From Flavobacteriaceae bacterium (GTDB lineage Bacteria; Bacteroidota; Bacteroidia; Flavobacteriales; Flavobacteriaceae), in contig JABGUL010000015.1 in the NCBI GenBank assembly GCA_018646605.1, forward strand, positions 12,688 to 76,687: 64,000 nucleotides of DNA. Reading direction: 5' to 3'. Of this stretch, positions 58,901 to 64,000 are shown one piece after another (the stretch's first letter is position 1; each line of letters starts with the position of its first letter). The notes beneath the pieces were generated by a model that ran no database searches, had not been told where the DNA came from, and was given only the letters and a program-made list of their open reading frames with translations. Position numbers and translations under genes: made by a program.

Positions 58901-59532
58901 AAGTTTTTAAAGTAGTATATCATTCCAATGGCTGGAATAGTGAGAAGTCCCATGAAGTGAACTCCAAAGGAAAGTCCAATAACAAATGCGATCATAAGCA
59001 GCCATCGATCTCCTCTAGGGGTGTTCATTTCTTGTTCCCATCGAAGTCCCATCCAAAACAGGGAAGACAAAATTAAGGTAGCCATCGCATAAACTTCAGT
59101 CTCCACAGCATTAAACCAAAAGCTATCTGAAAAACAAAAAGCCAAGGCACCTACAGCAGCACTTCCAAAAAATCCGATACGTTCTGAAGTTGAATCTAAA
59201 GTTTTGAAAGAGGGTAATTTTTTTAATAATAATGTGAGCGTCCAAAAAAGAAAGAGAATGGTAAAAGCACTTGAAAAAACAGACATGAAATTTACCATGA
59301 CCGCAATGTTTTGTGGTCCAGTGGCAAATAGAGCAAAGAAGGCACCCATCATCTGAAAAAATGGAGCTCCTGGAGGATGCCCTACTTGTAATTTTGCCGA
59401 GGTAGCGATATATTCACCCGCATCCCAAAAACTAGCTGTAGGTTCAACAGTACTTCCAAAAGTAAAAAGGGCAATCGTAAATACAGTCCAGCCTAGGCCG
59501 AGATTCCAGATTCGATAGGTTTTTTCAGTCAT
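55981..59532 (-). CDS. DUF2723-family giant polytopic membrane protein (putative glycosyltransferase-C-like) with a large C-terminal soluble region
   Basis: 1183 aa. N-terminal motif SFWDAGEYIATSAKLQVGHPPGAPFF is typical of DUF2723. Many TM segments over the first 650 aa or so, then a helical repeat-like tail. Confidence 0.75.
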   Translation of the reverse strand: MTEKTYRIWNLGLGWTVFTIALFTFGSTVEPTASFWDAGEYIATSAKLQVGHPPGAPFFQMMGAFFALFATGPQNIAVMVNFMSVFSSAFTILFLFWTLTLLLKKLPSFKTLDSTSERIGFFGSAAVGALAFCFSDSFWFNAVETEVYAMATLILSSLFWMGLRWEQEMNTPRGDRWLLMIAFVIGLSFGVHFMGLLTIPAIGMIYYFKNFKKITVKGFIYANLIATAILLFIFKLLLPLTLAFFGNAEVFFVNSIGLPFNSGTLIAAILFIAFFYYSLKITSKKQWVNLNTGVLGILFVLIGFSCWIMIPIRANANTVINENSPSDARLLLAYYNLEQYPETKLFYGPMFSDIYAGQDPVEPFIDDKPKYERDYKTGRYKIVNFWKDARFNSNSAHSGFLPRLWSSDHAGNYMNFTEPLEFSVKSSYRSNPQLQQRINDFREEIADGSVSGEQYHDFLKQYSPYLTIEKPSFISNLKFFFEYQLGYMYWRYFMWNFTGRQNDKQGEYNVLNGNWLSGIPFVDEIRLGNQSELHQDALNNKARNTYFFLPFILGLVGLYFLYQQDPKRFWVLMLFFLFTGIALKVYLNERPFEPRERDYALVGSFYVYSIWIGLGCMGLINWVQKFIKFKSLQPVLVTLCLLGVTLLMGYQNWDDHDRSDRFTAQSMARSYLQSIQKNKGAMIFTIGDNDTFALWYAQDIEGYRTDVRTINSSLLGTDWYIDQMKRKTYESEPIPSQMTHDLYAYGVRDVIRYQPVLDSVRWDIKDFMNWVASDHPRTKIKDLMQKSGNDVNQLPESQQEGVFYPTRKIRIPVNKENVLKSGIVNPEDADKIVPYIDIDLPESAILKNQMMMLDIVANNDWERPIYFTGGSYSDSEYLWMKKYLQLEGLVYKLVPIKTDLGKDNPYLMGRIDADLMYDIVTQWNWGNSESPEIYHDPETRKNSISFRSNMARLSEQLINEGKKNKAKTIIDLALEKMPLDYFGFYSLMVPFVDGYYSIDEIEKAQELSRNIGFKYYDRLNYFSSLDADLQYSLGEEIITEIERYRTLVEADLKHAEKADLLPTLNQFIAATDSFKYLYGDYEYYTSLIDVAEGYFIISEMKLAESLSKKITGEFKKRLQLYSQFSQDNQLLLEDRIKNEFLNYNYLLQQIKKYGSEAFFKNEEAEYNETIELFTASLNNEEAN

Positions 59533-59621
59533 TAATTGTTAATCAAATTAGCACAACGAATGTAAGCATAAATCAAGGAAGAGAAAACCATTTTTGTTCG
59601 TTTAACAAGGGATTAATAAAT

Positions 59622-60125
59622 TCAAACTTGTTCAAAAAGACCTAATGCTTTATTTTTTTCCACTCCATTCCAAAGGAAATATTGTCCTTGCATTGTAATG
59701 TATACATCAGGACTTAGCGTTTGAGCATAGGCCAGGGCGCAACCTAAATTAAAGAATCCATCGGAGGAACTACCAAATGCATAAGGAATCATTGCTCCAG
59801 TCAATAAAATTGTCTTGTCTTTTAGCTCAGCTATAGCCAGGGCTTTTGCTGTTTTGGTAATCGTATCAGTGCCGTGGGTTATAATAATTTTATTACTTGT
59901 AGAATTTTTGCAAGCTTCGATAATTTGTTCAATTTCGTTGCCTCCCATTTCTAGGCTATCCATCATCATCAGAGTTTTGAAGTCAATATTTAATTGACAA
60001 CGACTTCTTTTGAGCATTTCTGGAAGATGTGTTTCTTTAAAATATAATACTCCATTGATGTAATCATAACTCTTGTCAAAGGTGCCTCCAGTAATGAATA
60101 TTTGAATTTTTTCTTTGTTAGACAT
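59622..60125 (-). CDS. Stand-alone asparaginase N-terminal-domain protein
   Basis: 167 aa. Both catalytic Thr motifs of L-asparaginases are present (ITGGTFDKS near the N-terminus and THGTDT). There is no C-terminal domain. Confidence 0.75.
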   Translation of the reverse strand: MSNKEKIQIFITGGTFDKSYDYINGVLYFKETHLPEMLKRSRCQLNIDFKTLMMMDSLEMGGNEIEQIIEACKNSTSNKIIITHGTDTITKTAKALAIAELKDKTILLTGAMIPYAFGSSSDGFFNLGCALAYAQTLSPDVYITMQGQYFLWNGVEKNKALGLFEQV

Positions 60126-60209
60126 TGAAATTAAATTTTACATGAAATCAAATTTATAGGATTATGATTTAATTTTTAGAATAAAGTTGTTCTTAAAAAA
60201 ACTTTCATG

Positions 60210-60217
60210 TAAATTTG
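60210..60217 (+). promoter_or_regulatory. Candidate -7 promoter box (TAAATTTG) for tRNA-Gln
   Basis: TAnnTTTG match 10 nt upstream of the mature tRNA 5' end, with a TTG at 60187..60189 at about -33 spacing. Confidence 0.45.
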
Positions 60218-60226
60218 CAGCGCTTT

Positions 60227-60299
60227 TGGCCCATGGTGTAACTGGCAACACGTCGGTTTTTGGTACCGAAGAGTCTAGGTTCGAGCCCTAGTGGGCCAA
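60227..60299 (+). tRNA. tRNA-Gln (anticodon UUG)
   Basis: Folded by hand. Acceptor TGGCCCA/TGGGCCA with a U1-A72 pair, U8, D-stem GTGT/ACAC, anticodon stem TCGGT/ACCGA with loop TTTTGGT (U33, UUG, G37), variable loop AGAGT, and T-arm CTAGG-TTCGAGC-CCTAG. CCA is not encoded. Confidence 0.9.
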
Positions 60300-60309
60300 C
60301 TCTTTTTAG

Positions 60310-60345
60310 CATAACCTCCTGTAATACAGGGGGTTATGTTTTTTT
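60310..60345 (+). terminator. Intrinsic terminator downstream of tRNA-Gln
   Basis: CATAACCTCCTG-TAATA-CAGGGGGTTATG forms a 12-bp stem with one G-U pair, followed by TTTTTTT. Confidence 0.8.
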
Positions 60346-60375
60346 GATTCTACTTTAAAAGTGCCTTACACTTTA

Positions 60376-61083
60376 TCAATTCGTTCTAAAGGAGTATACC
60401 CCCGAACTGCTTTGATTTCCATTTGTGTCAATAGCAACAATCTTCCAGAAATAAAGTGTATAGTTCTCAACCTCAATCTCTAGTTGTGTTTCCTGTTCTT
60501 GATAGTCTAGCGTTTGGTTTAAAGTCGTTCCATCGGTTTGATCTAAATACACCTCAAAACGACTCAGGTCACCATCTACATCCGTAGCTGTCCATTGAAG
60601 GATCACAAGATTGTTGATGTCTGGCGTTACATTTGCTCCAGAACGAGGAGTGATCAGCACAGAAGGAAAAGGAGCATAATTAACCACCTCATCTCCTGCT
60701 AAATAAAACTTCCAAGTCTCACTTTTTGCCGGAACAGATCCAAATTCTCCAATACTTGTTACACTCCACGAATATGGCTCTGCCTTACTCAAGGATATTT
60801 TAATTTCATTGGTTTGACTGGTATATGTTTGGGAGCTCTGGGTGAGTAAATTCTCAATTAAAATCTCGTAGGATAACGCATCACTGGCAATACTCCACAC
60901 AAAGGTGACATTGCTCTGGGAATCATTTATCGAAGTACCATCCAAGCAGGTTTCAGCATCCAAAGGTGCTATAAGAGTTGCTACCCCGGGATCAACTATT
61001 GTGGGGATTGTTTCTTTTTGACAAGCAAACACTAGAAAAAGAAACACTAAAACAGCTAAGTAGTTTTGACTCTTTATCATCAT
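60376..61083 (-). CDS. Lipoprotein with two fibronectin-III-like repeats, function unknown
   Basis: 235 aa. Lipobox VFAC and two repeats with FN3-like patterns (VTFVWS...YSWSVTS; LQWTATD...YFWKIVA). Its ATG overlaps the upstream gene's stop (TAATG). Confidence 0.5.
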   Translation of the reverse strand: MMIKSQNYLAVLVFLFLVFACQKETIPTIVDPGVATLIAPLDAETCLDGTSINDSQSNVTFVWSIASDALSYEILIENLLTQSSQTYTSQTNEIKISLSKAEPYSWSVTSIGEFGSVPAKSETWKFYLAGDEVVNYAPFPSVLITPRSGANVTPDINNLVILQWTATDVDGDLSRFEVYLDQTDGTTLNQTLDYQEQETQLEIEVENYTLYFWKIVAIDTNGNQSSSGVYSFRTN

Positions 61084-64000
61084 TATTCTTTTATTACTTG
61101 GAAGGATTGATCTATTGTAAAACCTTTGACACTAATAAAGTATACTCCTTGATTGTAGTTATCTGTTTGAAGGGAGTAGTATCGTATTCCAAAAGGAAGT
61201 GTGATTACTTTTTGATCGATTAGTTGTCCACTAGGGGTATAAACTTCCAAGCTAAACACGCGATCTTCCCCGCCTATGGTAAAGGTTAATTCATTACTAA
61301 ATGGATTTGGAGCATACTTCACTTCATAGGATTTTAAATACGTATTTTCAAACAAACCTTGACATTCAATACCTGTTGAAATCGAAATACGATTCAATCC
61401 TTTATCCAATGAAACCCTATAGCTGCTCTTGGTTGTTTGAGTGGTTATTCCATTGTGTGTTATATCGTATGAAACACCCCCGTTAAGCCCAAAAGTAATC
61501 GTCTGATTATTTTTGTTGAACATCGAGTTTACGATCAGTGGATCAGGTTCTGAAATAGTCACCTCAAAACAACGCTCAAACTCTACTAAAGAAACACCTT
61601 CTACCGAGATACATATCGAGTAAACCCCTGCCGAGAGGTTGTCCAAACTCCATGAAGAAGAAGAAAAACTATCCGATAAAGTTACGGCTCCACTCACCGA
61701 AACATTATATGTTATTGAGGAATCCACCACTTCAATATTAATGGAGTTTGTTCCTGCACACTTTTCTGTTTTTGAAATACTGAAATTACTCGATGGAATG
61801 TAATATATTAAACATCCATTTGAATCTACTATTTCTCCCAAAAGTGTATTTGGGCAAGTGTCAAATGGATTCCATACCCCGTCGTGATCAAAGTCATCTG
61901 AAACATCTCCAACACCATCTCCATCTTCATCCGTTTGTTCAGCATTAGCAACCAGTGGACTATTGTCAATGATATCAGGAACTCCATCTCCATCATTATC
62001 ATCGGTAGGAAGAACAGGTTGAGATTGAAGCTCTATAGTGGTGGTACTTCCCTCAGGAACCTGAATGTTAGTTTGGGTTACCACAATAGGAACTTCTGGA
62101 GCTCCATCCTCTGTATTGACATAATCAACCTCTACTTCATAAATATTGTCCCCATTGTCATCCCCTGGATTCTCATAATCTGGAGGAGTAATAAAGTCTA
62201 AATAATCTTCATTTTCATCCTCTATGGGATCATCATTTTTTTGTTCTGTCTTAGATCTTGTTTTAATAGTAAACTTATCTGCATCCGCTCCTCCACTGAT
62301 TTTCTTTTTGATTTTCCATTTTCCAACATTCTTGTTGTGCGGATTAAAATACCTTCTGAAGTCTACTTTAGCACCCAAGGTTTCATTATCCACATTAAAA
62401 ATTGAAATAAAGAAACGCCCTGTAAAGGTTGTATTTGGAATATCCAATACACGAAGAGACTCAGGTTTTGATCCACTAAGTCCAGGACCGTCTGATCTAT
62501 CTGATGCTTGAGCTGTAATTGTAAAAGCGTGGGCTGTTGTGGTTTCATAATCCAACTCTTGAGTGGTTTTTAGTACGCCATCAACAAGTTCAATAAAACC
62601 GTCTCCTTGAAGACTAATACTCAAAATTTGCCCACCCATTGGATCCTTTGCCTCTACAAAACCAGCAATAGTTCCTACTTCAGCATCTTCACTTATTTCA
62701 AGTGTGATAATTGAGATTTCAGGAGGTAGAGGAGCATCTTCAATTACTATTTTAACTGAAGATTTAACTTCATTTTTTCCATCACTTACAATAAAACTTA
62801 AACTAGCACCATTATAATTAGAAGTATAACTTAAAATGGCACCCGTATTAACCGTTATATTTCCACTTGTATCTATTGAAAGAATTCCTGAAAACTCATC
62901 ATCTTCTTCCTGAGAAAAAACTAACACCTCACCATCAGGGTCTGTAGCTTCAATTGTTCCTATTACACTTCCATTGACAGGTTGTTGAACAAAAATTATT
63001 GATGTTGTTATAACCTCTGGAAGTGGATTGTTAGTATCACAGACATCACCTATACCGTCTCCATCGGTATCTGCTTGATCTGGATTTGCGTCCTCAATAC
63101 AATTATCTTCCATATCTACAATTCCATCCCCATCAGTATCGCGCTGAGAGCTCCCACAACCAAATTCATCAACAACAGTTGGCAGTTCTTGTCCGTATGT
63201 AGGGGTTCCTGGAACATTATTAATTTCAAACTCAGGCGTATCTGGACATTGATCTATATCATCAAAAACACCATCATTATCACGATCCAATTGACTTAAA
63301 GCACATCCTTTTTCATCTACTATTAGACCCTCTTTTGTTCCTGGACATTGATCATTTATATCATAAACCCCATCTCCGTCAACGTCTTTATAAAGTTTGA
63401 GAATAGCTTGATTTGGAGATTGAGACTGAGCAACACTAAAGCCAAATAGATTTTCTTGTTCTGGGCTTAAAATTGTCTCTGGAGTGTAACTGGCACTATA
63501 GGTTCCATCTTGATTGTCTTTTGTAACTAAATCACCTTTTGGGCCAAACACAGTTACTTGGTAGCCTCCTTCTAAAAAGTTTTGTCCAACACTATCTTTA
63601 GCTTGTACAGAAATAACAGCAGTATTAATCCCATTTGCAATTATTTTAGATGGGACTACTGCTATAGTCGATTTTTCAAACGAAACACCTCCTGAAGTTG
63701 GAGGTTTTAATTCAAAAGTATTATTGGTTTGTGAAACGGACATACTATTACCTATTATATCCACTACAGAAGATGAATTTGTAGCTGTAATAGCAAATAT
63801 CTCTCTCCCTGTTGGTTTGAATACAGATCCAAGATTAAATCTGAGTATTTTTTCACCTCCTGATAAATTGGCTCCTGCTTTTGTGGTGATGCTGCTAATT
63901 ATCATCTCGTAACTAGGACCTGATTGCTGTGAGAGTATAAAACTAGAACTTGTAACTGCCGTAGTAGGGGACGCTGTAGCATAAACACCTTCACTAAAGG
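61083..64000 (-). CDS. Large T9SS-secreted adhesin-like protein (Ig-like, thrombospondin type-3 Ca-binding repeats, cadherin-like repeats, C-terminal sorting domain). The 5' end lies outside the window
   Basis: TSP3-type DxDxDGxxDxxD repeats (DVDGDGVYDINDQCP, DRDNDGVFDDIDQCP, DTDGDGIVDMEDNC, DTDGDGIGDVCD, DNDGDGVPDIIDN, DEDGDGVGDVSD). Two cadherin-like repeats of about 95 aa. T9SS CTD-like end (APNPFSNELTF...VYFISV...FQVIKE). My translation shows the frame stays open from 63906 to 64000, so the Met at 63905 is internal. Confidence 0.8.
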   Translation of the reverse strand, partial: FSEGVYATASPTTAVTSSSFILSQQSGPSYEMIISSITTKAGANLSGGEKILRFNLGSVFKPTGREIFAITATNSSSVVDIIGNSMSVSQTNNTFELKPPTSGGVSFEKSTIAVVPSKIIANGINTAVISVQAKDSVGQNFLEGGYQVTVFGPKGDLVTKDNQDGTYSASYTPETILSPEQENLFGFSVAQSQSPNQAILKLYKDVDGDGVYDINDQCPGTKEGLIVDEKGCALSQLDRDNDGVFDDIDQCPDTPEFEINNVPGTPTYGQELPTVVDEFGCGSSQRDTDGDGIVDMEDNCIEDANPDQADTDGDGIGDVCDTNNPLPEVITTSIIFVQQPVNGSVIGTIEATDPDGEVLVFSQEEDDEFSGILSIDTSGNITVNTGAILSYTSNYNGASLSFIVSDGKNEVKSSVKIVIEDAPLPPEISIITLEISEDAEVGTIAGFVEAKDPMGGQILSISLQGDGFIELVDGVLKTTQELDYETTTAHAFTITAQASDRSDGPGLSGSKPESLRVLDIPNTTFTGRFFISIFNVDNETLGAKVDFRRYFNPHNKNVGKWKIKKKISGGADADKFTIKTRSKTEQKNDDPIEDENEDYLDFITPPDYENPGDDNGDNIYEVEVDYVNTEDGAPEVPIVVTQTNIQVPEGSTTTIELQSQPVLPTDDNDGDGVPDIIDNSPLVANAEQTDEDGDGVGDVSDDFDHDGVWNPFDTCPNTLLGEIVDSNGCLIYYIPSSNFSISKTEKCAGTNSINIEVVDSSITYNVSVSGAVTLSDSFSSSSWSLDNLSAGVYSICISVEGVSLVEFERCFEVTISEPDPLIVNSMFNKNNQTITFGLNGGVSYDITHNGITTQTTKSSYRVSLDKGLNRISISTGIECQGLFENTYLKSYEVKYAPNPFSNELTFTIGGEDRVFSLEVYTPSGQLIDQKVITLPFGIRYYSLQTDNYNQGVYFISVKGFTIDQSFQVIKE

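Noticed and set aside
60227-64000. tRNA-Gln as the attachment site of a genomic island carrying the adhesin genes.
   Set aside because: No integrase, transposase or phage gene is present, I noticed no direct repeat of the tRNA 3' half downstream within the window, and I saw no compositional shift. This cannot be excluded without sequence beyond 64000.
1-64000. CRISPR arrays, IS elements, prophage, toxin-antitoxin pairs, or long (over 30 nt) dispersed repeats.
   Set aside because: I recognised none while reading both strands. The intergenic space is too small, the largest gap being 226 nt. An exhaustive repeat search was not possible by eye, so short dispersed repeats may have been missed.

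Overview
This is an AT-rich, very densely packed chromosomal segment. Gaps between genes are mostly under 100 nt, and many genes are joined by ATGA or TAATG overlaps. It looks like a Flavobacteriia (Bacteroidota) genome. The evidence is TAnnTTTG-type -7 promoter boxes, no obvious Shine-Dalgarno sequences, lipoprotein signal peptides, a TonB-dependent receptor with a carboxypeptidase-regulatory-like N-domain, and a surface protein with a type-9-secretion C-terminal sorting domain.

I support about 55 CDS, one tRNA-Gln(UUG), and two clear intrinsic terminators. The main blocks are:
- a hydroxyproline catabolic operon (14.4-19.2 kb);
- a near-complete heme biosynthesis locus: hemA-C-D-E-F, an antiporter and hemB on the minus strand, then a divergent AraC regulator, hemH and a MATE pump, with hemJ 3 kb further on (19.2-33.6 kb);
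- nrdB and nrdA;
- a phosphate porin and PiT transporter, convergent with a TonB-dependent receptor/beta-helix lipoprotein pair;
- dgt, a metallophosphoesterase and a Cys-less thioredoxin-like gene;
- a DUF2723 giant membrane protein;
- a T9SS adhesin locus next to the tRNA.

I found no CRISPR array, transposase, integrase, prophage, toxin-antitoxin pair or recognisable defence island, and composition looks uniform by eye. The window therefore reads as mostly core genome.

The best candidates for undescribed biology are modest and inferential:
1. transporter and regulator genes physically and translationally embedded in the heme locus;
2. a non-SusD lipoprotein/TonB-receptor pair whose divergent promoter region carries three GTTAAC palindromes and shares a 9-mer with the neighbouring phosphate-uptake promoter;
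3. a stand-alone half-size asparaginase divergent from tRNA-Gln;
4. a thioredoxin-fold protein lacking both catalytic cysteines.

All functional calls come from reading motifs in the supplied translations. No database search was run.
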